A stretch of DNA of 64,000 nucleotides from Bifidobacterium breve (GCA_945860545.1 CAMAQM010000002.1:57942-121941), one strand, 5' to 3'. Counted from the stretch's first letter, positions 20,505 through 30,778 are shown. Numbers and translations: made by a program. The notes: generated by a model not told the origin, from the sequence alone.

Positions 20505-22697
20505 ATGGGAAAAAAACAGCGCTCGGTCGAGCCGCCGCCGCTCCTGACGGATTGGGCCCCGATTGTGGGTTCACCCGCCACCGATGTGCGTGAACCCTCG
20601 GATCTTCCCGATGCCGACGAGGTGACCGGCCAGCGAACCGGCGCGTTCGCTGAGGCCGCCGACCGGTTCATCAACCGTGAACTGTCATGGCTTGATTTCA
20701 ATGGGCGGGTCCTCTCGCTTGCGAGCGACCCGCGGGTACCCCTGCTCGAACGGCTGAAGTTCGTCGCCATCTTCGGATCGAACCTTGACGAGTTCTTCCA
20801 GGTGCGTGTGGCAGGCCTCAAGGATCAGGTCGCGGCCCGTATCCCCAATCTCAGCGCCGACGGCCGAAGCGCAACGGAACAACTGGCGTTGGTGCACGAC
20901 CGGGTGCAGCAACTCGTGGGTCAGGCAGAGTCCCTGCTCATCGACGAGTTGTTGCCGTCCCTCGCCGACGCTGCTCTACCCCTCGTTGGGTGGGACGATC
21001 TCGACGAGAACGACCGCAAGCATCTCAATGAGGTGTTCGCTGCCCGGATCTTCCCGGTACTCACCCCGCTCGCCGTCGACCCCGGGCATCCGTTTCCCTA
21101 CATTTCGGATCTGTCGCTGAACCTTGCGGTGTCGGTGCTCGACGAACGTTCCGGCGAACGTCGGTTCGCCCGGGTGAAGGTCCCCAACCTCCTGCCCCGG
21201 TACATCGCTCTGCCCGATGGCGGACGTCTGGTGCCGCTCGAGCAGGTCATCGCCGCCCATCTCGACGTGTTGTTCCCCGGGATGCGCATCGAGGGGCACA
21301 GCGCCTTCCGGGTGACCCGCAACGCAGACCTCACCCTCGAAGAGGAGGAGGCCGACGACCTGTTGGCGGCTGTGGAGATGGAGGTCCGACGTCGACGATT
21401 CGGCCGGGCTGTCCGACTCGAGATCACCGCAACGACCACACCGGAGGTTCGGGACCTTCTGGTGCGCGAACTCGACCTTGATGACGCTGACGTGTACGTC
21501 ACGCTCGCACCCGTCGGTCTCAGCGGGTTGTTCTCGGTGGTGGCCGCCGATCGACCGGACCTCAAGGACCCCACCTGGGTGCCCGTCACCCAGAGCCGGC
21601 TCGCCGGTGACGATGACGGGCCGCGACCCTTCTTCCGTGAGATCGCTGCGGGCGACCTGTTGCTCCACCACCCCTACGACTCGTTCTCGACGTCGGTGGA
21701 GGAGTTCATCCGCCAGTCGTCGGTCGACCCGCGCGTGTTGGCCATCAAGCTGACCCTGTACCGGACGTCGGGTGACTCGTCGATCATCCATTCGCTCATT
21801 CGTGCCGCCGAACGCGGCAAACAGGTGGTCGCCCTCGTCGAGCTGAAGGCTCGCTTTGATGAGGAGGCCAACATCGAGTGGGCCCGGGAGTTGGAGCGGG
21901 CCGGGGTTCACGTGGTGTACGGCCTCGTCGGTTTGAAGACCCACACCAAGACGACACTGGTGGTGCGCAACGAACCTGACGGGATTCGCTGCTACTGCCA
22001 CGTCGGTACCGGCAACTACAACCCGCGCACGGCCCGCACCTACGAGGACCTTGGTCTGCTGACCGCCGATCCCGACATCGGTGCCGACCTCACCCAGTTG
22101 TTCAACTACCTCACCGGGTACGGCCGGGACCTGCAGTTCCGCAAACTCCTCGTTGCCCCTGACCACCTCCGTGGGGAGATCGCCGAACTGATCCGAGGGG
22201 AGATCGCCGCCAAGGGCCGGCGCCGACGGATCGTGATGAAGATGAACAGCCTGGTGGACGCCGAGATGGTTGACCTCCTCTACGAGGCCTCACAGGCCGG
22301 AGTGTCCGTGGATCTGGTGATTCGCGGCATCTGCCGGCTCCGGCCGGGGGTTCCTGGATTGTCCGACAACATCCGGGTCCGTTCGGTCATCGGTCGGTAC
22401 CTTGAGCACTCGAGGATCTACCACTTCGGCCACGGCCCCAGTGGTGACGGAGCCTGGTATATCGGTTCGGCCGACCTCATGCCGCGGAACCTGGATCGTC
22501 GGGTCGAAGCGCTCGTGCCGGTTGAGTCTCCCGAACTCACCGCCCGTCTGTCCGCCCAACTCGACACGTTGCTCAGTGACGATTCGTTGGCGTGGGAACT
22601 CCAGCCCGATGGGCGGTGGCGTCACGTGCCGATCACCGGCCGGGTGGATACCCACGAGCACCTCCAGTCGTTGGCTCTGGCGCGTCGACGACGGTGA
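20505..22697 (+). CDS. ppk: polyphosphate kinase 1
   Basis: FINRELSWLDFNGRVL N-terminus, two PLD-like HxK regions (KTHTKTTLV, YLEHSRI), 730 aa. Confidence 0.95.
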   Translation: MGKKQRSVEPPPLLTDWAPIVGSPATDVREPSDLPDADEVTGQRTGAFAEAADRFINRELSWLDFNGRVLSLASDPRVPLLERLKFVAIFGSNLDEFFQVRVAGLKDQVAARIPNLSADGRSATEQLALVHDRVQQLVGQAESLLIDELLPSLADAALPLVGWDDLDENDRKHLNEVFAARIFPVLTPLAVDPGHPFPYISDLSLNLAVSVLDERSGERRFARVKVPNLLPRYIALPDGGRLVPLEQVIAAHLDVLFPGMRIEGHSAFRVTRNADLTLEEEEADDLLAAVEMEVRRRRFGRAVRLEITATTTPEVRDLLVRELDLDDADVYVTLAPVGLSGLFSVVAADRPDLKDPTWVPVTQSRLAGDDDGPRPFFREIAAGDLLLHHPYDSFSTSVEEFIRQSSVDPRVLAIKLTLYRTSGDSSIIHSLIRAAERGKQVVALVELKARFDEEANIEWARELERAGVHVVYGLVGLKTHTKTTLVVRNEPDGIRCYCHVGTGNYNPRTARTYEDLGLLTADPDIGADLTQLFNYLTGYGRDLQFRKLLVAPDHLRGEIAELIRGEIAAKGRRRRIVMKMNSLVDAEMVDLLYEASQAGVSVDLVIRGICRLRPGVPGLSDNIRVRSVIGRYLEHSRIYHFGHGPSGDGAWYIGSADLMPRNLDRRVEALVPVESPELTARLSAQLDTLLSDDSLAWELQPDGRWRHVPITGRVDTHEHLQSLALARRRR

Positions 22698-23113
22698 GCC
22701 CGTCGGTGGGCAGAAAGGTGGAGGCGGCCGGTGCGGTTCCGTGGCGCCCCCTTCACGACGGTGGGATCGAGGTGGCCGTCGTTCACCGAGGCCGTTACGA
22801 CGACTGGTCGTTTCCCAAGGGACACCTCGAAGCGGGGGAGTCGTCCGAACAGGCGGCGAGGCGGGAAGTCCTCGAGGAGGCGGGTCTGTCGGGTCCGCTT
22901 GGGGTTGAGTTGCGTCCCTCGCGTTACGAGGATCGTCACGGGCGGCCCAAGGTGGTGCGGTGGTGGGCCATGGAGGTCACCGGAGGGGAGTTCGTCCCCA
23001 ATGACGAGGTTGACGAACTCCGGTGGCTCGCCGCGACGGATGCGGACCGGTTGCTGACCTACGCCGACGATCGAGCGTTGCTCGGTGAACTCTTGGGGGC
23101 GTTCGAGCCCTGA
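22694..23113 (+). CDS. NUDIX hydrolase
   Basis: Nudix box GHLEAGESSEQAARREVLEEAG. GTG 22694 overlaps the ppk stop (GTGA). Confidence 0.8.
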   Translation: MSPSVGRKVEAAGAVPWRPLHDGGIEVAVVHRGRYDDWSFPKGHLEAGESSEQAARREVLEEAGLSGPLGVELRPSRYEDRHGRPKVVRWWAMEVTGGEFVPNDEVDELRWLAATDADRLLTYADDRALLGELLGAFEP

Positions 23114-23157
23114 ATTCTGCAGCGGTGGTCACCCCGGCCGCCAAGACTTCGTCTTTC

Positions 23158-23179
23158 GTTCACCTCAGGTTCACCCAAG
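23158..23179 (+). promoter_or_regulatory. PHO-box-like direct repeat (two 11-nt units GTTCACCTCAG GTTCACCCAAG)
   Basis: The exact heptamer GTTCACC repeats with 11-nt periodicity about 145 bp upstream of the pstS start. It matches the actinobacterial PhoP-type direct-repeat unit. Confidence 0.55.
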
Positions 23180-23322
23180 GGCCGCCGATCGGTCAGGTGG
23201 CGTCCGTAAGGTCCGATCGTGCCCGGATTGGCCACGCAACGATCATCTCGCCGCAACCCGGCGTTCGCATTGCCAGCCCGATGCACCTCTCCACCATCCA
23301 CAACTCCGAGGAGCTGTCCCTA

Positions 23323-24402
23323 ATGACCGTGCGTGCTTTCTCCCCCAGGCGTCGCAACCGTCGGCGTGTCACCGCAGCGGCGGGTCTTGGCGCCGTCGCC
23401 CTGTTCGCCGCAGCGTGTGGTGGCAGTGGCAGTGGCAGTGGGAACACCAACGAGGCCTCGGGGTCTTTGTCAGGCACCGTCGAGGTGTCCGGCTCGTCAA
23501 CCGTGGAGCCGATCTCGACGTGGGTGGCCGAGGAGTACGCCGTTGAGCAGCCCGACGTCCTGGTGAACGTCGACGGGCCCGGTACCGGCGACGGCTTCGA
23601 GCTGTTCTGCAACGGTGAGACCGACATCTCCGACGCCAGCCGCCCCATCAAGGCCGCCGAGGTGGAGAAGTGTCAGCAGAACGGCGTCGAGTTCATTGAG
23701 ATCAAGGTGGCCATCGACGGCCTCGCCGTGGTGACCAACGCCAGCAACGACGCCGTGTCGTGCCTCTCGACCGCCGACATCTACGCCCTCGTCGGACCCG
23801 AGTCGCAGGGCTTCACCAACTGGGCGGACGCCCAGGCGCTGGCCACCGAACTCGGTTCCACCACCCAGTTCCCCTCCGCTCCGCTCGACATCACCGCCCC
23901 TGGTGAGGAGTCCGGTACGTTCGACTCGTTCGTTGAGCTCGCCATCACCCCCGTTGGTGAACTGCGTGCCGAGAGTGGTGCCATCACCGAGGACGAGGCG
24001 GAGACCACCCGTCCCGACTACGTCAGCCAGGCCAGCGACAACGTCATCATCCAGAACATCACCGGGAGCCCCACGAGCTTCGGCTGGGTCGGGTACGCCT
24101 TCGCCTCGCAAGCCAGTGGCGTGAAGATGATCGCCGTGCAAAACGACGACGGTGAGTGCGTCGAACCGAACGCCGAGACCATCGCCTCGGGTGCGTACCC
24201 ACTCGCCCGGGACCTCTACATCTACGTGAGCGCTGCCAGCGCCGAGCGTGCCGATGTGGCCGGGTACGTGGACTTCTACGTCGAGAACCTCGCCGAAGCG
24301 GCATCAGCAGCCGGGTTCGTGCCGTTGACGACCTCGGCCATTGAGGCGTCGGCAGCAGCGTGGAACAACCGCACCACCGGTGTGGTCGACGGGAGCAAGT
24401 GA
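23323..24402 (+). CDS. pstS: phosphate ABC transporter substrate-binding lipoprotein
   Basis: Lipobox LFAAACGGS, and SGSSTVEP, GTGDGF, ASRPIK motifs. GAGGAG precedes ATG 23323. Confidence 0.9.
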   Translation: MTVRAFSPRRRNRRRVTAAAGLGAVALFAAACGGSGSGSGNTNEASGSLSGTVEVSGSSTVEPISTWVAEEYAVEQPDVLVNVDGPGTGDGFELFCNGETDISDASRPIKAAEVEKCQQNGVEFIEIKVAIDGLAVVTNASNDAVSCLSTADIYALVGPESQGFTNWADAQALATELGSTTQFPSAPLDITAPGEESGTFDSFVELAITPVGELRAESGAITEDEAETTRPDYVSQASDNVIIQNITGSPTSFGWVGYAFASQASGVKMIAVQNDDGECVEPNAETIASGAYPLARDLYIYVSAASAERADVAGYVDFYVENLAEAASAAGFVPLTTSAIEASAAAWNNRTTGVVDGSK

Positions 24403-24429
24403 ACAGGCTTGTGGCCTTCATGACGTTGT

Positions 24430-24476
24430 CCGTGCCGTGTTCGGGGTGGGGGTACGCTGCCCCCGCCCCGGCACGG
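24430..24476 (+). terminator. intercistronic GC-rich stem-loop between pstS and pstC (possible attenuator or mRNA stabiliser)
   Basis: An 11-bp stem 24442-24452/24060-style pairing with one G-U (24442-24452 with 24460-24470), a 7-nt loop, and an outer 6-bp extension 24430-24435/24471-24476. There is no U-tract. Confidence 0.4.
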
Positions 24477-24504
24477 TCCGGGCCGCCCACCTGAGCAGGA
24501 TGAT

Positions 24505-25440
24505 GTGACCGCCACCCAACTCACCGTGGCCGACCTCGGCCCCGATCGCCGCCGGCACCGCACCCAGCGCCGGGTGCGCACGGTGATGATGGTGGCTGCC
24601 GTGCTGTCGGTGGTCATCAGTGGGCTCATCCTCGTCTCCCTGCTGGGGGAGACGTTCACCTTCATCAAGGGCCTTGCCGACACCGGGACGTGGAGTTCGC
24701 TGTGGGCGGACGGGTGGTTCCCCCGCCGTGGGCAGTACTCGGTGGCGACGCTGTTGATGGGGAGCCTGATCGTGACCCTGGTGGCCATGTCGGTGGCCAT
24801 CCCGCTCGGTCTGGCCGGCGCCATCTACCTGTCTGAGTACGCCCGTCCCTCGGTGCGCCGGGTACTCAAACCTGCGCTCGAGACCCTCGCCGGCATTCCG
24901 TCAGTGGTGCTCGGGGTGTTTGCCCTGATGTTCATCTCGCCCGAGGTGGTGCAGCGGTTCTTTGAAGCCCCGCAGGCCAACCTCGCCGCAGCTGGTCTCG
25001 GCGTGGGCATCCTCACCATCCCGCTCGTCGCCTCGGTGTCCGAGGACGCCATGCGCTCGGTGCCGGCCGCCCTGCGTGAGGCCTCCTACGGTCTCGGTGC
25101 CCGCAAGGCGACCACCTGTGTGCGGGTCGTGTTGCCCGCCGCGCTCTCCGGCCTCGTTGCCGCACTGATCCTCGCCGTGTCGCGGGCGCTGGGGGAAACG
25201 ATGGTGGTGGCGATCGCCGCAGGCGGCTCGGCAGGAGCGCTGTTCACCGCCGACCCGTTGCGGCCGGGTACGACCATGACCGCAGCGATGATCTCCCAGG
25301 CCGGCGGCACCGACCAGGTCAAGGGTGACGCGCTCACCTTCCAGAGTCTGTTCTTCGTCGGGACGCTGCTGTTCGCCATCACCATGTCGTTGAACCTCGT
25401 CGCCGGTCGTTTCGTCCGGCGTTTCCGGAACGTGTACTGA
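24505..25440 (+). CDS. pstC: phosphate ABC transporter permease
   Basis: Multi-span permease with an EAA-like loop (EASYGLGARK). Its position in the operon fits. Confidence 0.9.
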   Translation: MTATQLTVADLGPDRRRHRTQRRVRTVMMVAAVLSVVISGLILVSLLGETFTFIKGLADTGTWSSLWADGWFPRRGQYSVATLLMGSLIVTLVAMSVAIPLGLAGAIYLSEYARPSVRRVLKPALETLAGIPSVVLGVFALMFISPEVVQRFFEAPQANLAAAGLGVGILTIPLVASVSEDAMRSVPAALREASYGLGARKATTCVRVVLPAALSGLVAALILAVSRALGETMVVAIAAGGSAGALFTADPLRPGTTMTAAMISQAGGTDQVKGDALTFQSLFFVGTLLFAITMSLNLVAGRFVRRFRNVY

Positions 25441-25449
25441 GGCGGCGGG

Positions 25450-26400
25450 ATGGCTCTTTCACAGATCAGCGTCGGTTCCGACGTCGCCGCCGAACTCACC
25501 CGGGCCAGGCTGACGGGCAAGCGTGCCGACGTGTCCGGAACGGCGTTCCGCACCGCACTCCAGATCGGACTCAGTCTGTCGGTGGTGGTGCTCGTCGTGC
25601 TTCTCGCCGACGTGCTGACCGGCGGGTGGAGCGTGTTGACCACACGACTCGGTGAGTTCCTCACCTCGCCGCTGCGGGCCAACCCCGCCCAGGCCGGCAT
25701 CGCCCAGTCGCTGGCGGGCACGTTGTGGACCGGTGTCGTGGTCGTGGTGTTGTCGTTCCCCATCGGGATCGGCGCGGCCATCTACCTCGAGGAGTACGCC
25801 CCACAGAACCGCCTCACCCGGTTCATCGAGGTCAACGTCCGCAACCTCGCCGGGGTGCCTTCGGTGGTGTACGGCATCTTGGGGTTCACCATTTTCGTGC
25901 AGTGGTCCGGCGGGTTCACCGGGGGTCGTACCGCCCTCGCCGGCGGTTTGACCCTGGCGTGCCTGGTGCTGCCCATCGTCATCATCACCTCGTCTGAGGC
26001 CATCCGTTCGGTGCCTCGGGCCATCCGCGAGGGTGGCTACGGCGTCGGGGCCACCCAGTGGGAGATCATCCGCACCTTCGTGCTGCCCTACGCCGCTCCC
26101 GGCATCCTCACCGGCACCGTGCTGTCGTTGGCCCGTGCGCTCGGGGAAGCGGCACCGCTCATCCTCGTCGGCGCCGTGCAGGGCCGTCTCGCCAGTCAGG
26201 ACCCCATCTGGGACCCGGCGTGGCTGACCGAACGGTTCACGGCCATGCCGGTCACCGTCGCCGACTGGGCGACCCGGCCCGAGGAAGGGTTCGTGGCCAA
26301 CACCGCAGCAGCCATCGTGGTGCTGTTGGCCATCGTTCTCATGTTCAACCTCGGCTCCATCTTGTTGCGCAACCGCTACGAAAAGAAGAGGCACCGCTGA
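25450..26400 (+). CDS. pstA: phosphate ABC transporter permease
   Basis: Multi-span permease with the loop [13 protein letters not shown]. Its stop overlaps the pstB ATG. Confidence 0.9.
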   Translation: MALSQISVGSDVAAELTRARLTGKRADVSGTAFRTALQIGLSLSVVVLVVLLADVLTGGWSVLTTRLGEFLTSPLRANPAQAGIAQSLAGTLWTGVVVVVLSFPIGIGAAIYLEEYAPQNRLTRFIEVNVRNLAGVPSVVYGILGFTIFVQWSGGFTGGRTALAGGLTLACLVLPIVIITSSEAIRSVPRAIREGGYGVGATQWEIIRTFVLPYAAPGILTGTVLSLARALGEAAPLILVGAVQGRLASQDPIWDPAWLTERFTAMPVTVADWATRPEEGFVANTAAAIVVLLAIVLMFNLGSILLRNRYEKKRHR

Positions 26401-27260
26401 TGTCTGACGAAGTGCTCGCCACGAGCGCCCCCGAAACCTCCGTCCGCCCACCGGCGGGGGAGTCGACTGAGTTGCCGGTGGTGTTCGACGTTGACGATCT
26501 CAGCGTCTACTACGGCAACTTCCGGGCGGTGCGCGACGTCACGATGGAGATCCGCCAACGTGAGATCACGGCGTTCATCGGTCCGTCGGGTTGCGGCAAG
26601 TCCACGGTGCTGCGCTGCTTCAACCGGATGAACGACCTGGTCGAGATCGCACGGGTCGAGGGACGACTCACCTACCACGGTGTGGATCTCTACGCCCGGG
26701 GTGTCGACCCCGTTGAGGTTCGTCGACGCATCGGGATGGTGTTCCAAAAGCCCAACCCGTTCCCCAAGTCGATCTACGACAACATCGCCTTCGGCCCGAA
26801 GGTCGCTGGCCTCGTCAAGGGCAAGTCGGAGACCGACGACCTCGTGGAACACGCGCTGCGGCGTGGCGCCCTGTGGGACGAGGTCAAGGACCGGTTGAAG
26901 GACTCGGCCATGGGACTGTCGGGCGGTCAGCAGCAGCGCCTGTGTATCGCCAGAGCCATTGCGGTGGAACCCGAGGTGGTGCTCATGGATGAGCCGTGTT
27001 CCGCACTCGACCCGGTGGCGACCGCTCGCATCGAGGACCTCATGATGGAACTCAAGGACGACTACACGATCGTGATCGTGACCCACAACATGCAACAGGC
27101 CGCCCGTGTCAGTGACCGCACGGCGTTCTTCGTCACCGAGGTCAACGACACCAGCGACGTCCGCACCGGTGTGCTCGTCGAGTTCGACGCCACCGACAAG
27201 ATCTTCTCGAACCCCGAGGATGAGAGGACCGAGAGGTATGTCACCGGCCGATTCGGCTGA
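26400..27260 (+). CDS. pstB: phosphate ABC transporter ATP-binding protein
   Basis: [45 protein letters not shown] 26400 shares its A with the pstA TGA; the long track ORF from 26058 overlaps pstA. Confidence 0.95.
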   Translation: MSDEVLATSAPETSVRPPAGESTELPVVFDVDDLSVYYGNFRAVRDVTMEIRQREITAFIGPSGCGKSTVLRCFNRMNDLVEIARVEGRLTYHGVDLYARGVDPVEVRRRIGMVFQKPNPFPKSIYDNIAFGPKVAGLVKGKSETDDLVEHALRRGALWDEVKDRLKDSAMGLSGGQQQRLCIARAIAVEPEVVLMDEPCSALDPVATARIEDLMMELKDDYTIVIVTHNMQQAARVSDRTAFFVTEVNDTSDVRTGVLVEFDATDKIFSNPEDERTERYVTGRFG

Positions 27261-27930
27261 CAACCGCCCAACACGTCTCGCCTACCGCGAGGAGCTCGAA
27301 CAGCTCCGGCTGCAGGTCGAACTGATGGCGGTGCGCGTCGACGAGAACCTAGAACGGGTCCGCAGTGTCCTCCAGAGCGGGAACACCGCGCTGGCTGACG
27401 CCGCCTACGCCACCGATGACGAGATCGACGCCATGAACGTCTCGCTCACCGAGCGCTGCTACTCGATCCTGCGTCTCGAATCTCCGGTGGCCACCGACCT
27501 TCGGCTGGTGGTGTCGGTGCTGCGGGTCATCGGCGAACTCGAGCGCATCGGGGACCTCGCCTTGCGGGTCATCAATCTCGCCCCGGACCACCACCGACTG
27601 ACCGCTGACCCTGAGAGCCACGACATCGTGACGGTGCTGGCTGAGGAATCCATCGAGCGGTACCGCATCGCGGTGGAGTCGTGGGCCACCCTCGACCCTG
27701 GTTTGGCCCAGAGCCTGCTGCGGCCGTCGGCGGCGGTGGAACTGGCCATGGGGCACCTCACCCGCCGTATCCGCGCCTTGCAGGGGCCCGACGCCGTTGA
27801 GGTGGCGCTCGTGCTCACCACCGCTGCACGCTCCCTTGACCGGATCGCCGACCACTCCCTCGTGCTCGGTGCCCGAGTTCGCTACCTGATCAGTGGGGAT
27901 TCCGCCCATCTGGCGGTGGAAGTCCGGTGA
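27238..27930 (+). CDS. phoU: PhoU family phosphate signalling protein (copy 1)
   Basis: PhoU repeat motifs ([24 protein letters not shown]; DRIADHS). ATG 27238 overlaps the pstB 3' end by 23 nt. Confidence 0.8.
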   Translation: MSPADSADNRPTRLAYREELEQLRLQVELMAVRVDENLERVRSVLQSGNTALADAAYATDDEIDAMNVSLTERCYSILRLESPVATDLRLVVSVLRVIGELERIGDLALRVINLAPDHHRLTADPESHDIVTVLAEESIERYRIAVESWATLDPGLAQSLLRPSAAVELAMGHLTRRIRALQGPDAVEVALVLTTAARSLDRIADHSLVLGARVRYLISGDSAHLAVEVR

Positions 27931-28736
27931 ACCGCCCTGACCGGCTTGCGGGCCGCAACAATGAACCCATGCCCGAACGCCATTCGCCTTTCCACCAAGA
28001 GCTCGATCAGGTGCAGGCCGAGGTGGTCCGCCTCGCCGCCATGGTGACCGAGACCATCCCGCGCGCCACCGAGGTGCTCCTCAGTGGCGACATGGCCGCC
28101 GCCCAGGCGGTGATCGAGGACGACGACCACCTTGACGTGCTCTCCCTCGAGATCGAGGAACGCTGCTACCACTTGTTGGCGCTGCAGCAGCCCATGGCTA
28201 CCGATCTGCGCAGCATCATCACCGCCCTGCGACTCAGTTCGGAGATCGAACGTTCCGGGGACCTGATGGTCAACGTGGCCAAGGCCGCCCGACGGATCTA
28301 CGGAGCGGATCTCGGTCCGCGCCTGCGAGGCCTCATTGAACAGATGGGTGAGGAAGCGGCCCGTTTGTTCAAGCGGTGTGTCGACGCCTACGCCGAGCGC
28401 AACGCGGGGCTCGCCGCCGCCCTCGACGACATGGACGACCGGCTCGACGACCTGCACGCAGATTTCATCCAGGCCATCTTCGAGTCGTATCAGGGCGACG
28501 CCATGGACCTGCAGCCCGCCGTGCAACTCGCCCTCATCGGCCGGTACTACGAGCGGGTCGGGGACCACGCCGTGAACATCGGGGACCGGGTGCAGTACAT
28601 GGTGACGGGGTGGCTGCCCGAGCACGCTGGTGCGGCACGCCTCGAGGCTCGTTCCCGCCGGTCCGACGGCGACCCCGTCACCGGCGAGTTGCGCGTCATC
28701 AGCGCCGATTCCGATGGGGGTCCACCCCCGACATGA
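27927..28736 (+). CDS. phoU: PhoU family phosphate signalling protein (copy 2)
   Basis: ATDLRSIITALRLSSEIERSGDLM and YYERVGDHAVNIGD. GTGA overlap with copy 1; an alternative ATG exists at 27969. Confidence 0.8.
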   Translation: MNRPDRLAGRNNEPMPERHSPFHQELDQVQAEVVRLAAMVTETIPRATEVLLSGDMAAAQAVIEDDDHLDVLSLEIEERCYHLLALQQPMATDLRSIITALRLSSEIERSGDLMVNVAKAARRIYGADLGPRLRGLIEQMGEEAARLFKRCVDAYAERNAGLAAALDDMDDRLDDLHADFIQAIFESYQGDAMDLQPAVQLALIGRYYERVGDHAVNIGDRVQYMVTGWLPEHAGAARLEARSRRSDGDPVTGELRVISADSDGGPPPT

Positions 28737-30004
28737 CGTTGGTACTGGCGCTCCTTGGTGTGGTCGTGGGGGGTGCCCTCGGCGCCGCCGTGGCGACATC
28801 GGTTCAGCGCCGTCGTTGCGAGATGGCCGTCGGCCGTATCGAGCAACTCGCTGTCCGTCACGGGGTTGACCTCGACGCCCATCCCGGAACCGCCGACGAC
28901 CTTGACCGGGTGGTGGAACTCGTCAGTGTGGCGCTGACCCTCGGTGAGCGTCGCATGGCCGAGGCGGCGGCGGTGGAGAGCCGACTCGCCGGGGCCCTTG
29001 ACGCTCTGGCGCGCGGGGTGCTCGTGACCGACGCCGAAGGAATGGTGGTGTTCCGCAACACCGCCGCAGCGGAGTTCCACGGTGCCCGTCACGGTGAGGC
29101 GCTCGTGGAGGCGGCCATTGCCGAGTTGCTCATCGTTGCGGTGTCGGGAGAGCCGGTGCAACGCACCGTCGAACTGTTCGGTCCACCCCGACGGGTGTTG
29201 GTGGTCACTGCCGAGCCGTTGGTGGACGACGACAACCTGATCGGTGCGGTGGCCCAGGTGGAGGATCTCACCGATCGTCGACGCCTCGAGGACGTGCGGC
29301 GCGACTTCGTGGCCAACATCAGTCACGAACTCAAGACCCCGGTGGGGGCGTTGAGTCTGCTGGCGGAAACCATCGCGGCTGAGACCGAACCTGAACTCAG
29401 TCGGCGGCTGGCAGAGCGAATGGTCGGCGAGGCGTCACGGGTGGCGAACACCATTGACGACCTGTTGGTACTCAGCCAGATCGAGGGTGGCGAGTTGATC
29501 GAGCACACCCCGGTGGCAGTGGCCTCGGTGATGGCTGAGGCGCTCGAGCGGGTCGGCCCGGCCGCCGCCCAGCGCCGCATCCACCTCGAGTTGGCGGAAC
29601 CCGATCCCGGCGTTGCCGTCCTCGCCGACCGCCGTCAGGTCGTCTCGGCGTTGCACAACCTGTTGGACAACGCCACGAAGTACTCCGATGAAGGCTCCAC
29701 CGTGGTGTTGTCTGCCGTCCGGGTGAACGGTTCGGTCGAACTCGTCGTCGCCGATGCGGGCATCGGTATCCCCGCCAAGGACCTCGAGCGGGTGTTCGAA
29801 CGTTTCTACCGGGTCGACCAGGCGCGATCCCGTCAGACCGGCGGCACGGGCCTGGGGTTGTCGATCGTGCGTCACGTGGCGGTGAACCACGCCGGCGAGG
29901 TCCGCGTCGAGTCCCGGCTCGGTGAGGGATCGACGTTCACCCTGTGTCTGCCCGCCGCCAAACCCCAAGAACCCGAATCCCAAGAACCCAGAGAGGACGT
30001 CTGA
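28733..30004 (+). CDS. sensor histidine kinase (SenX3/PhoR-like)
   Basis: N-terminal TM segment, PAS-like region, H-box FVANISHELKTP, N-box LLDNATKY, and G-boxes DAGIGI / GGTGLGLSI. ATGA overlap with phoU copy 2. Confidence 0.85.
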   Translation: MTLVLALLGVVVGGALGAAVATSVQRRRCEMAVGRIEQLAVRHGVDLDAHPGTADDLDRVVELVSVALTLGERRMAEAAAVESRLAGALDALARGVLVTDAEGMVVFRNTAAAEFHGARHGEALVEAAIAELLIVAVSGEPVQRTVELFGPPRRVLVVTAEPLVDDDNLIGAVAQVEDLTDRRRLEDVRRDFVANISHELKTPVGALSLLAETIAAETEPELSRRLAERMVGEASRVANTIDDLLVLSQIEGGELIEHTPVAVASVMAEALERVGPAAAQRRIHLELAEPDPGVAVLADRRQVVSALHNLLDNATKYSDEGSTVVLSAVRVNGSVELVVADAGIGIPAKDLERVFERFYRVDQARSRQTGGTGLGLSIVRHVAVNHAGEVRVESRLGEGSTFTLCLPAAKPQEPESQEPREDV

Positions 30005-30726
30005 TGGCGACCCGACCCACCTCGGTGCTGCTCGTTGAGGATGAGGAGTCGTTCGTGGAGGCCCTCACGGTGGGGTTGCGCCGCGAAGGCTTCGAGGTGT
30101 CGGTGGCTTCCGACGGCGCCGAAGCCCTCGACATGTTCGACGATCTCCAACCTGACCTCGTCCTGTTGGACGTGATGCTGCCGCGCATCAGCGGCATCGA
30201 CGTGTGCCGCGAACTGCGCGCCCGATCCTCGGTGCCGATCATCATGGTCACGGCAAAAGCCGCTGAGATCGACACGGTGGTGGGCCTCGAGGTCGGTGCC
30301 GACGATTATGTGACCAAGCCGTACCGCCTGCGTGAGCTCGTGGCCCGTATGCGTGCCGTGTTGCGCCGCCAGGCGGGCGAACGTGCCCCTGAACCGGTTC
30401 CCGCAGCGTCGTCGTCACCATCGGTGGTCGAGGTCGGGGACGTCCGTGTCGACCACCAGCGCCACGAGGTGATGGTGCGGGGGGCGGAGGTGCGTCTGCC
30501 GCTCAAGGAGTTCGAACTGTTGGCGCTGCTGCTCGACAACGCCGGGTGGGTGCTGACCCGCGACACCCTCATCGACCGGATCTGGGGGGCGGATTACGTG
30601 GGGGACACCAAGACCCTCGACGTGCACATCAAGCGCCTCCGGTCCAAGATCGAACCCGACCCGGCCAACCCGACCCGGATCGTCACCATCCGGGGTCTCG
30701 GCTACAAGTTCCAAGCGCCTGACTGA
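30004..30726 (+). CDS. OmpR-family response regulator (RegX3/PhoP-like)
   Basis: Receiver domain (LLVEDEES, DLVLLDVMLP, MVTAK) and winged-helix output (TLDVHIKRLRSKIE, IVTIRGLGYKF). TGATG overlap with the kinase gene. Confidence 0.9.
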   Translation: MATRPTSVLLVEDEESFVEALTVGLRREGFEVSVASDGAEALDMFDDLQPDLVLLDVMLPRISGIDVCRELRARSSVPIIMVTAKAAEIDTVVGLEVGADDYVTKPYRLRELVARMRAVLRRQAGERAPEPVPAASSSPSVVEVGDVRVDHQRHEVMVRGAEVRLPLKEFELLALLLDNAGWVLTRDTLIDRIWGADYVGDTKTLDVHIKRLRSKIEPDPANPTRIVTIRGLGYKFQAPD

Positions 30727-30750
30727 ACCCGTCCACGTTGCCGGCGGGGA

Positions 30751-30774
30751 CGTCGTAGCGCCCCCCTACGATGG
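30751..30774 (+). terminator. short stem-loop after the response-regulator gene
   Basis: CGTCGTAG / CTACGATG form an 8-bp stem (one G-U) with an 8-nt C-rich loop. There is no U-tract. Confidence 0.3.
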
Positions 30775-30778
30775 GGAC

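Noticed and set aside
26058-26399. Upstream 114 codons of the track ORF containing pstB (and similarly 28376-28732 before the kinase, 37467-37910 before the PDZ-S16 gene, and 11624-11806 before the VWA gene)
   Set aside because: These extensions overlap neighbouring real genes in another frame and are Arg/Pro-rich. Conserved N-termini and coupled start codons lie downstream.
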